A DNA stretch of 32,000 nucleotides, from the NCBI GenBank assembly GCA_001766815.1, contig LYOS01000007.1:1-32000 (forward strand). The letters run 5' to 3'. Positions 8,277-16,463 of the stretch are shown here, piece after piece (position 1 is the first letter of the stretch; every line of letters begins with the position of its first letter). Under the pieces are notes generated by a model. The model saw nothing but the letters and a program-made list of their open reading frames with translations. It searched no databases and was not told the DNA's origin. The position numbers and the translations under genes are program-made. The stretch is from Candidatus Syntropharchaeum caldarium. GTDB taxonomy: Archaea > Halobacteriota > Syntropharchaeia > Syntropharchaeales > Syntropharchaeaceae.

Positions 8277-9576
8277 ACGTCGCTTCTGTCAGCACTTTCA
8301 GGTTCACAGGGATCTTTATGACGCTTCCCATCTTTCCACCAAAGATGTACTCGATCCCCTTATCAGATGCGATGTCAATGATTCGCTGTGTGATTACGCC
8401 ATCAAATACAACGCCTCTGATCTCATCTACACTTTTTAACGCCTGTGTAAGCTCCCTTATCGAAACCTCAGTTACAACTTCATCATCCCTGCCAATCAGC
8501 CTCGCATTCTTTGTACCAAGCAGTTGATTGAAGTGTGTTAGCGGCGCTTTATCCGCCAGAACGAGCTTCACGTTTTCACTTTCTAACGGTTTTGTCACCG
8601 CCTCCTCTTTCTCTTCTGCTTTAGTCGGTGTAGCGAGTGTCCGACGCCTGACGGTAACCTCTCGCCTGGGGGGTCTTCTATTACTTGCGTGCGGATGATG
8701 TTTTGTGGTGTGACTGTTTTCAGCGCGGTTCTTGTTGTTTGCTGCTCGTTTGTCCTGCAAAATCTCCCACTGCTCTGCTGGCAGCTTGTTTCGCAGGGCT
8801 TTCACAATCTCCTTGTAGGTCAGATCTTCCACACCCTTACCTTCTGGAGGTCTCGCAATGTAATCGATCTCTGCAATCTGCATCAACTCACGCAGTATGA
8901 GGTCACCGCCACGATCACTGTCTGTGAATGCGGTAACGGTCTTGATCTTGCTCAATTCACTGATGATCGGAGGTACATTTGTACCCTCAACCGCGATCGC
9001 ATTTTTTATCCCGTATTTAAGAAGTGTCAGAACGTCGGCCCTTCCCTCTACAATTATGATTGCATCTGAATCGTCGATGTGTGGTCCTGCTGGGAGTTTA
9101 TCCGGGCCATACTGGGTTATTTCCTCAACTCTAACCGCCTGCTTTACCTCTTCTGCAATCTCCTGGCTTTCAGGGCTTCCATGCTCAATCATATTCTTCA
9201 AAAGCTCTTTTGCACGCGAGATGATCAGATTACGCTTCTCTGCACGAACATCATCGATCCGATCAAGCGTAATTTTCGCATTGCATGGACCAACCCTGTC
9301 AATCGTCTCAAGCGATGCTGCAAGTATCACAGTCTCGATCCGATCAAGACTTGATGGTATTATGATCTCACCCGTCGCCTTTCCTCCCTTTGACTCGATA
9401 TTCACATCAATTCTTCCAATTCTGCCTGTCTTCTGGAGATCTCTCAGATCCAGTTCATCCCCGATCAAACCCTCGGTCTGACCAAATATCGCACCAACCA
9501 CATCGGGACGTTCAACAATGCCTTCTGCTGTGATCTTTGCATGTATGTTATATTTTGTGGTATCACTACTCTGCAT
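8263..9576 (-). CDS. dnaG: Archaeal DnaG (TOPRIM primase-like, exosome-associated)
   Basis: The N-terminus (KYNIHAKITAEGIVERPDVVGAIFGQTEGL) and the TOPRIM block (AIIIVEGRADVLTLLKYGI ... TDSDRGGDLI) are characteristic of archaeal DnaG. The likely start is the second ATG (9576), preceded by GGGGGAT; the longest ORF reaches 9591. Confidence 0.9.
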   Translation of the reverse strand: MQSSDTTKYNIHAKITAEGIVERPDVVGAIFGQTEGLIGDELDLRDLQKTGRIGRIDVNIESKGGKATGEIIIPSSLDRIETVILAASLETIDRVGPCNAKITLDRIDDVRAEKRNLIISRAKELLKNMIEHGSPESQEIAEEVKQAVRVEEITQYGPDKLPAGPHIDDSDAIIIVEGRADVLTLLKYGIKNAIAVEGTNVPPIISELSKIKTVTAFTDSDRGGDLILRELMQIAEIDYIARPPEGKGVEDLTYKEIVKALRNKLPAEQWEILQDKRAANNKNRAENSHTTKHHPHASNRRPPRREVTVRRRTLATPTKAEEKEEAVTKPLESENVKLVLADKAPLTHFNQLLGTKNARLIGRDDEVVTEVSIRELTQALKSVDEIRGVVFDGVITQRIIDIASDKGIEYIFGGKMGSVIKIPVNLKVLTEATFKDA

Positions 9577-9871
9577 TATCCATCCCCCCATTCCTTTTTA
9601 TGTTCATACTTTAATCCTCCTCTTTTTTTTCAAGCATCGCGCTTCAAAATCAGAAAATCAGCCAGATATTGATCCAATTACCTTTTACGATCCCCTATTT
9701 TGCCATGATCGCTTCATACACTTAACATATGATCCCATCGAATCCAGTACATTGATAGATGAATGGTGAAATATATCTGACTGTGTGATTCTGAAATATA
9801 ATCTTGATCTATGATCACTCTGCTTGTAATATGACTTTCGTTTTCGTTACTTAAGAACTTTACGGTCAGAC

Positions 9872-10567
9872 CTAAAACAACTCCGCACTCGAATGAACAA
9901 CGATCCCCTCGTTTGTGATCGAGTATGGCCTTATCTTTCTTGAATGAGCACTTCGGCGCATCTTGACGATCTCAAGTGCGAGTGAGACCTCCCTCAATTC
10001 ACACTGGCGAATGTACCTCAATGAGATGACGCCATCTGAGACGTACTCAATAAAGCCGTATTTCGAGTGGAGTGAGTCGTCGGTAGCACTCTCTGAGGTT
10101 AGAATCGTTGTAATTCCACTCTGTTTAAATAGGTTTGCGAGAAAAAAGATATGCTCTCTTCTTTCAGCCTCACTTGCAAAGAGTATCTCGAGCAGTGTTA
10201 TAGAATCGAATACAAGCCGCTTTGTCCCGAAGTTCTTAATTATCTCAGGAAGCTCTGAGGCGATCCGCTCGATCGAGACCTTTATATCGGCTGGATTAAA
10301 CCTCACCACAAGCAGCTTACCCTCTCTGATGTACCTCTCAAGATCCCATCCATAATCCGCTGCGGTATCGACGATCTCCTTCTCGCTCTGGTCGAGTGTG
10401 ATGTAGATCGCTGAATCTCCCTGCAGAAGTCCGTGGTATGTATACTGGAGCGAGAACGTCGTCTTCCCTGTTCCATATCCACCAACGAGAAGGACTGTGT
10501 GCCCCCTGGGAAATCCTCCTCCAAGCATCTCATCAATTCCCTCGATCCCAACGCTCAATCGTTCCAT
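9872..10567 (-). CDS. KaiC/RecA-superfamily ATPase (single-domain KaiC-like), canonical P-loop
   Basis: 231 aa. Contains GIEGIDEMLGGGFPRGHTVLLVGGYGTGKTTF (KaiC-type N-terminus plus Walker A) and Walker B KRLVFDSIT. Last gene of a three-gene minus-strand operon. Confidence 0.85.
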   Translation of the reverse strand: MERLSVGIEGIDEMLGGGFPRGHTVLLVGGYGTGKTTFSLQYTYHGLLQGDSAIYITLDQSEKEIVDTAADYGWDLERYIREGKLLVVRFNPADIKVSIERIASELPEIIKNFGTKRLVFDSITLLEILFASEAERREHIFFLANLFKQSGITTILTSESATDDSLHSKYGFIEYVSDGVISLRYIRQCELREVSLALEIVKMRRSAHSRKIRPYSITNEGIVVHSSAELF

Positions 10568-10569
10568 TT

Positions 10570-11355
10570 TTACCCCTTCCCTAAAATCTGTCGGATCGGA
10601 ATGAGGCTCAACCCGTCATACGGCGATATATTCACCTCAAAGTTTACGATATCCTCTTCATCAAGCCTTGATAGCTCTCCACGAAACTTATTTATGGACA
10701 TCAGGCGAGTTCTCGCACCAGATCTCGTATCGCTCCATCTGAATGAGAGAACGCCGTCCACAACATCTGCAACCTCCTCCTCAAGTGCCTTCTCAAAGAT
10801 ATTTGAGGTCAGCATCAGGTACACCAGCCCACCCCACCGCTTCGATACCCGCTGCAGTCCCTGCAGGAATTTTATAAACTCTCCCCAATCGGACGCATCT
10901 GAGTATGCTCTGAGCAGGCTTGTGAGCGAGTCGATGATGACAAGACGCTCACTGACATTCTTCTCATCAAGACACTCCACAATCTCTTTTAGAAGCTCAC
11001 GATCCCGACCTGCATCTTTGAGCAGATTCAGTGTATGATCATTATTATCCGTAATCCATGAGAGTGGGATCTGTGAACGCCTGAAATACGACTCCGAAAT
11101 GTCTCTGATCTCAATATCACCGGGTTCAAGGTTTGCAAAGGATGTGCGCACCTCATCGAGTATATCATCCCGAGATCTCGTCATTGAGATATAGCAGACA
11201 TTCTTCTTTTGATTTGAGAGCGCAATCATCGAGGTATATGCAAACTCATAGTGTCCGCTTCCAACCTCTCCAAGAAGAAGAATGAGCGAACCTTTTCTCA
11301 CCCCGCCATTGAAGATCATATCAAGGGATGGTATCCCGCATGCAACTTTATTCAT
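10570..11355 (-). CDS. KaiC-like paralog with degenerate P-loop
   Basis: 261 aa with the same architecture (GIPSLDMIFNGGVRKGSLILLLGEVGSGHYEF), but Walker A reads GEVGSGHY instead of GxxGxGKT. Walker-B-like LVIIDSLTSLL is retained. It lies 2 nt from the downstream gene and overlaps the upstream gene by 8 nt. Confidence 0.75.
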   Translation of the reverse strand: MNKVACGIPSLDMIFNGGVRKGSLILLLGEVGSGHYEFAYTSMIALSNQKKNVCYISMTRSRDDILDEVRTSFANLEPGDIEIRDISESYFRRSQIPLSWITDNNDHTLNLLKDAGRDRELLKEIVECLDEKNVSERLVIIDSLTSLLRAYSDASDWGEFIKFLQGLQRVSKRWGGLVYLMLTSNIFEKALEEEVADVVDGVLSFRWSDTRSGARTRLMSINKFRGELSRLDEEDIVNFEVNISPYDGLSLIPIRQILGKG

Positions 11356-12916
11356 CCTCTATCCTCTTTTCCACCTCAATCTCCTCCATCTCTCGTTTTA
11401 TGAGATGAAACTCCTGAGTTGTTAGCGTGGCACCATCGAGCGTTACAAGCGCAGATGAATTCGATGGCATCACACAGTCATTCACAAGCTGGAAGAACTT
11501 GTGGATCGAGACGAAGCTGTTCTGTGTCATCAGATACTCAACACCCTCGATCAGGATCAATCCTTTCTCAGCCTGCTTCACGAAATTGTCGATCATCTCA
11601 AAACATAGTGAGAGTTCGTTCGGAGAGAGACAGGTCTCGGGTGGGATCTTATTCTTCACAAGCCAGATGATGGGGGTGTTCTCAAGCCCATACTTCGCTC
11701 TTATCTTTTTAGGGTTCATCCTCGTGATGCACAGCCCTTCCATACCGTGCTTTACACCATCTGCAAATACTTCAAGCGCCAGCGAAGGTTTTTCTTCATC
11801 GAAGATGTAGATTGTGCCTGCATCAATCCTGTATCTCGACTCTCCAAGCTCGGTAACCTCTTTTGATGGCAGAACGATGATGCCCTCAAGATCGGTTATA
11901 TCTGTTAATGTTATCACAACCCCTGTAAGCTCATTCTCACTCTCGAATGTTGAGACCGATGCCATGATCGGGATTGTTACACCACCCCCTCTTGTAAGAT
12001 TTATCCGCTGATACTTTCCGTCTTTTACTTCGATCGGTGTCTTGAAGATGCCTGACAATGTAAGCTCAGATTCGCTCTGTTCCTCAATCTCAAGAAGCTC
12101 TCTTGCTGCAGGATTTATCATCTTCACTCTGCCATCACTATCTGCTGTTATCGTTGCAATCGGCGTTCGGTCAAGAACCATTGATAGATACTCGTTCTCC
12201 ACCCTGATTTTTTCCTCAAGTCGTTTCTTCTCGGTGATATCGATGAAACTCACGACTGTTCCTGCATCTATCTCGTTATCCTCCTCCAGTCTACTTTGAT
12301 TGAGAAGAATTACAGCTTTTTCGCGATTTTTCGGCTCTATCGTGCATTCCCCTTCCATCCCTATCTCATTGAATGGGATCAGATCCTCCAGAGCCTTTCC
12401 AAGTACCTCAGCCTGTGTGTATCCTGTTATCTCCTCTGCTTTCCTGTTCCAGGTCTTGATTTTTCCATTAGAATCTGTCACAGCCACGCCAGATGGCACG
12501 GTTGCAAGCACAGCTTCGAGGTGATTGTTGAGATTTTCAATCTGGTTTGATACGACGAGAAGATCCTCGCGCTGGAGATAGTACTCAAGTGTCATCTCCT
12601 CAAGGGCCTTCTTGCTCGCTGCAAGTTCGTCCTCCATTGCCTTTATTTGATTGAGATCAAATCCATGTAAGAGGAAGAGACGTCTGTCATTCGCACCATC
12701 ATCGAGTTTCAGGGGTGTAAGCGAGATATGATACGCTACCTCTCCTTTTTCAGGATCGTTGACGCTTATATCAAAGCACTCCTGCTTATCAAACCCATCA
12801 GAAAGATTTTTTAAATCATCAATGAATTTGTCGGTTAGGAGTGCCTCAAAGGTGCTGTTCGACATTATTTTCTCCCATCTCTCATCAAATAAAGCCATCA
12901 GATCCATTTTCGACAC
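11348..12916 (-). CDS. Cytoplasmic sensor: PAS domains plus C-terminal DUF835
   Basis: 522 aa with no TM segments. There are two clear PAS modules (LEAVLATVPSGVAVTDSNGKIKTWNRKAEEITGY... and LSMVLDRTPIATITADSDGRVKMINPAAREL...), preceded by a coiled coil. The C-terminal block GLCITRMNPKKIRAKYGLENTPIIWL...LILIEGVEYLM...LVTLDGATLTTQEFHLIKREM matches DUF835. There is no kinase or HTH output domain. Confidence 0.8.
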   Translation of the reverse strand: MSKMDLMALFDERWEKIMSNSTFEALLTDKFIDDLKNLSDGFDKQECFDISVNDPEKGEVAYHISLTPLKLDDGANDRRLFLLHGFDLNQIKAMEDELAASKKALEEMTLEYYLQREDLLVVSNQIENLNNHLEAVLATVPSGVAVTDSNGKIKTWNRKAEEITGYTQAEVLGKALEDLIPFNEIGMEGECTIEPKNREKAVILLNQSRLEEDNEIDAGTVVSFIDITEKKRLEEKIRVENEYLSMVLDRTPIATITADSDGRVKMINPAARELLEIEEQSESELTLSGIFKTPIEVKDGKYQRINLTRGGGVTIPIMASVSTFESENELTGVVITLTDITDLEGIIVLPSKEVTELGESRYRIDAGTIYIFDEEKPSLALEVFADGVKHGMEGLCITRMNPKKIRAKYGLENTPIIWLVKNKIPPETCLSPNELSLCFEMIDNFVKQAEKGLILIEGVEYLMTQNSFVSIHKFFQLVNDCVMPSNSSALVTLDGATLTTQEFHLIKREMEEIEVEKRIEDE

Positions 12917-13018
12917 CCTTTTTTATATCATACTCTATTATGTGTTTCATTCTTTAAATATATTTTTTTATCTTTAAAGATACTTTTTTATATCTTGATA
13001 TTATAAATTATTCATAAG
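12917..13018. promoter_or_regulatory. 102-bp AT-rich divergent promoter region between the sensor/KaiC operon and the pilus operon
   Basis: TATA-like TTTTTATAT (12986-12994) lies about 27 nt before ATG 13019, implying a leaderless or near-leaderless mRNA. On the minus strand, AAATATATTTAAAG (about 12954-12967) is followed by GGGTG 7 nt before ATG 12916. There is a perfect 12-bp palindrome ATCTTTAAAGAT at 12970-12981. TCTTTAAA recurs at 12951-12958 and 12971-12978. Confidence 0.4.
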
Positions 13019-14623
13019 ATGCTAAAAATCTTTAGCAGAAATCGACAAAAAGATGCACAGGTCAAAGAGGACGAAGACCCCTCCGAGCTCGTATCGTTCA
13101 TCGTACCACCTGATAATATCGAGCTTGAGCGTTACGTCCTGAATGATGGAAGAGCGATCGCAGTAATCATCGAGGATGGGGCAACAAAGATTAAAAGATA
13201 CCATCTCATAGAACCAATCCTGACTCAGGAGGAAAAGTTTCTGCTCGAAGAGCTCTATGATAACCTTCAGGATGTTCTGACACTTGAGGATCTGGAAACG
13301 GGTGAAGAAGCGGGTACCCAGCATCGAAGAGAGGTACTTCAGCGAAACATTGCTCGACTCCTGAAGAACTATGGAATTACCTTGAGCCCTGCTGCATCTG
13401 GCAGGATCTCTTATTATCTTGAGCGAAACTTCCTTGGATATGAGCGGATCGATGGGTTGATGGATGATCCATGGATCGAAGATATATCCTGTGATGGTGT
13501 GGGTCTGCCAATATATCTATACCACAGGAAGTACCAGAATCTACCAACAAATATCTCATTTCAGGATGAGGAGACGCTCAATTCGTTCATCATTCGACTC
13601 GCACAGAAAGGCGGAAAACATATCTCAATCGGTGAACCGCTCGTGGATGCAACACTTCCCGATGGTTCAAGACTCCAGATAACGTACGGGCGTGAGGTCA
13701 CATCACACGGCTCAACGTTCACGATAAGAAAGTTCAGAGAAGATCCGTTCACCCCGCCCGAACTTATCAAAAATAACACCTTCTCGGTTGGGATGCTTGC
13801 ATACCTCTGGCTCTGCATCGAGAACAGCAAGAGTCTGATCTTTGCTGGAGGAACTGCTTCTGGCAAGACTTCATCACTAAATGCGGTCTCGTTCTTTATC
13901 CCACCGATGGCGAAGATCGTATCAATTGAGGATACACGGGAGATCACGCTCTACCATGAGAACTGGATCCCTGCTGTTACGAGAAACCCTGTGACAAAAG
14001 GTGGTGAGGGCGAGGTTACGATGTTTGATCTCCTGAAGGCAGCGTTGAGGCAACGACCTGAGTATATACTACTGGGAGAGGTGAGAGGTGCAGAGGCTTT
14101 AACGCTCTTTCAGGCGATGAATACAGGGCACACAACCTACTCAACGATCCATGCAGAGGACCCTCAGAGTGTTGTGAGCAGGCTTGAGAATGAGCCGATC
14201 AACGTCCCGCCTGTGATGCTCCAGGCACTTGATATCATCGTGGTTCAGATCCAGACACGTCTTGGTGGGAAACGGGTGAGGCGTGCAAATACACTTGTTG
14301 AGATCATCGGAATCGATCCGCAGACAAAGAATCTGAGGATAAATGAGCTCTTCAGATGGGATCCTGCAACAGACGACTTCACGCAGCTTGGCGACTCGCA
14401 TAAGTTGCGGGAGATCATGAAAGAGCGGGCATGGACAAGGGATGAACTTATGGATGAACTTCATCGAAGGGAAAAAGTGCTTGAATGGATGGTCTGTGAG
14501 GATACTATGGACTACAGGAAGGTTGCAGAAGTTCTCCAGGCATACAATCTTGATCCTGAGCGTAGTGTGTCTGAAATCAAGGATGGGTGCGAATATGCAG
14601 AACTCGACCTCCAGATTGTTTAG
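13019..14623 (+). CDS. Type IV pilus/archaellum-family secretion ATPase (ArlI/PilB/VirB11-like)
   Basis: 534 aa. Walker A is GGTASGKTSSLNA, Walker B/Asp box is PEYILLGEVRGAEA, and the His box is TGHTTYSTIHA. The N-terminal domain resembles ArlI-type ATPases. Confidence 0.9.
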   Translation: MLKIFSRNRQKDAQVKEDEDPSELVSFIVPPDNIELERYVLNDGRAIAVIIEDGATKIKRYHLIEPILTQEEKFLLEELYDNLQDVLTLEDLETGEEAGTQHRREVLQRNIARLLKNYGITLSPAASGRISYYLERNFLGYERIDGLMDDPWIEDISCDGVGLPIYLYHRKYQNLPTNISFQDEETLNSFIIRLAQKGGKHISIGEPLVDATLPDGSRLQITYGREVTSHGSTFTIRKFREDPFTPPELIKNNTFSVGMLAYLWLCIENSKSLIFAGGTASGKTSSLNAVSFFIPPMAKIVSIEDTREITLYHENWIPAVTRNPVTKGGEGEVTMFDLLKAALRQRPEYILLGEVRGAEALTLFQAMNTGHTTYSTIHAEDPQSVVSRLENEPINVPPVMLQALDIIVVQIQTRLGGKRVRRANTLVEIIGIDPQTKNLRINELFRWDPATDDFTQLGDSHKLREIMKERAWTRDELMDELHRREKVLEWMVCEDTMDYRKVAEVLQAYNLDPERSVSEIKDGCEYAELDLQIV

Positions 14624-16463
14624 CATCGCTTACAGGATCTTTGGGGGAAGTGTGCAGAAAAAGGATCTTTCTGCGCTTTCGCTGGATCTGAGGCGAGCCA
14701 GGATCCCAATTCCAGCGGCAATCTACCTCTCAACCTCGAGACTCATCGCATCTTTCCTTGCAATCTTTGGGGGTTTCATCGGGGTTCTTGCAGGATATGC
14801 AATCGTTCCTTATCCTGATCTTGCAGGTTTCATTCTGATCCTATCTGCTGGATCACTCGGTGCGATTCTCTTCTATCTGCTCACGATGCGAACATGCCTT
14901 GTGTACCCCACCTTCAGGATGAATACGAGGAAGATGAAGATAGAGAGAGGTCTGCTTCATGGGATAAACTACCTCTATGCGATGGCAAAAGGCGGAATGG
15001 GAATGATCGATGCTTTTCGATCTCTACATAGGCATGAGGAGGTATATGGCGAGTGTGCAGTAGAGGCAGGTTATATCGTAAGGGATGTTGAGTACTTCGG
15101 GCTTGACCTTAAAACCGCTCTTATGCGAGCATCGAAGAACACACCGTCCGAGAAGTTCAGGGATTTCATTGAGGGTTTGATCTCGGTGATGAATACAGGT
15201 GGCTCGATCGAGAACTATCTTGCAACCAGGTCAGAGCAGTATCAGGAACTTGCAGAGGAGGATAATAATTTCTTTCTTGATACGCTTGGTATGCTCGCAG
15301 AATGTTATGTTACGGTATTTGTTGCAGCACCATTATTTCTCATCACGATCGTCCTTGTTCTGGGGATGCTGAAATCAGGAACACTTCTGATACTCGCTAT
15401 CATCGTGTATGTCCTTATCCCAATCGGGACTTCACTCTTTATCATTCTGCTTGATGCAATCACAACCAGGACAGATGAAGAGGCACCATCCTTTATCAGG
15501 TTGAAAAAACTCAATGTATTTGATGACGTACACACCATCGAGGGAGATGGGGAAAGTATCGTTGATGCGTTGAAGTGGTATGCGAAGGTCGAGCGTATCA
15601 GGTTCTTCCTGCGCTCTCCATTCCGCTTCTTTATCGAGAAACCATACAGGAGTTTCTATATCTCACTCCCACTAACTCTCATCTATCTCCTCGAACTCCT
15701 GCACCCTTCATGGCAAATCCCAACAGACTTTGACCGCTCGATCTTCTATGCCACCATTCTCTTACTTCTTCCATACTCGCTATTCTTTGAGATTAGAGCA
15801 AAGCGGATAAGGGATATTGAGAGGATGGTACCTGAGTTCTTGAGACGGCTTAAGAGCATAAATGAGACCGGGCTACATCTTGTCGATTCTATACGGGTTA
15901 TGATCAGATCGAACATGGGGGTTTTAACAAGCGAGATAGTAAGGGTTGCAAGCTCGATTGAGTGGGGAAATACCGTTGGGGAAGCATTACGCAAGCTTGA
16001 GGTCAGGGTAAAGACAGGTGCATTATCAAGAGCGATCACGCTGCTTGTCGATGCAGATCGTGCAACAGGAAACCTGAGGGATATACTCTCTATTGCAGCA
16101 TTGAATGCTGAGATCATGCAGCGACTCAGGGAGCGGCGAAGTGCTGCGATGTCGATCTACCTTATAATCGTGTACATTACCTTTGCGGTATTCTTATTTA
16201 CGATATACATAATAACGACGAAGTTTCTTGGTGGAATGCCCAAAATTCCGATTGAAGGTGCCGAAGAGTTCCTCTCAGTTGACTACGATCTCTCCCTCTA
16301 TGAAAAGGTGCTCTTTCATGGATCACTCCTCCAGGGTTTCTTCTCAGGGATCGTTGGTGGACAGATGAGCTCAGGGAATCCATACAGTGGGATCAAGCAT
16401 GCAATTGTGATGATGATCGCAGCATATCTTGTCTTTGTGTTTCTGATATGGGGTGAAGGATGA
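14595..16463 (+). CDS. Polytopic membrane platform protein (ArlJ/FlaJ/PilC/TadC-like, two T2SS-F-like halves)
   Basis: Multiple TM helices are separated by two cytoplasmic helical domains (e.g. TALMRASKNTPSEKFRDFIEGLISVMNTGGSIENYL and EALRKLEVRVKTGALSRAITLLVDADRATGNLRDIL). The probable start is ATG 14595 (or 14583), overlapping the ATPase stop. The track start at 14442 is an in-frame extension through the ATPase gene. Confidence 0.8.
   Translation: MQNSTSRLFSIAYRIFGGSVQKKDLSALSLDLRRARIPIPAAIYLSTSRLIASFLAIFGGFIGVLAGYAIVPYPDLAGFILILSAGSLGAILFYLLTMRTCLVYPTFRMNTRKMKIERGLLHGINYLYAMAKGGMGMIDAFRSLHRHEEVYGECAVEAGYIVRDVEYFGLDLKTALMRASKNTPSEKFRDFIEGLISVMNTGGSIENYLATRSEQYQELAEEDNNFFLDTLGMLAECYVTVFVAAPLFLITIVLVLGMLKSGTLLILAIIVYVLIPIGTSLFIILLDAITTRTDEEAPSFIRLKKLNVFDDVHTIEGDGESIVDALKWYAKVERIRFFLRSPFRFFIEKPYRSFYISLPLTLIYLLELLHPSWQIPTDFDRSIFYATILLLLPYSLFFEIRAKRIRDIERMVPEFLRRLKSINETGLHLVDSIRVMIRSNMGVLTSEIVRVASSIEWGNTVGEALRKLEVRVKTGALSRAITLLVDADRATGNLRDILSIAALNAEIMQRLRERRSAAMSIYLIIVYITFAVFLFTIYIITTKFLGGMPKIPIEGAEEFLSVDYDLSLYEKVLFHGSLLQGFFSGIVGGQMSSGNPYSGIKHAIVMMIAAYLVFVFLIWGEG

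Noticed and set aside
9700-9840. Possible C/D-box sRNA in the spacer between dnaG and the KaiC-like gene (CTGA motifs, GATGAA and TGATT strings).
   Set aside because: There is no proper RUGAUGA C box on either strand. Box spacing and terminal stem do not fit, so the matches are at chance level in AT-rich sequence.
12970-12981. The perfect 12-bp palindrome ATCTTTAAAGAT, considered as a specific operator for the sensor/pilus divergent promoters.
   Set aside because: It is kept only as a note within the promoter feature. The spacer is so AT-rich that a 12-bp AT-rich palindrome is weak evidence on its own.
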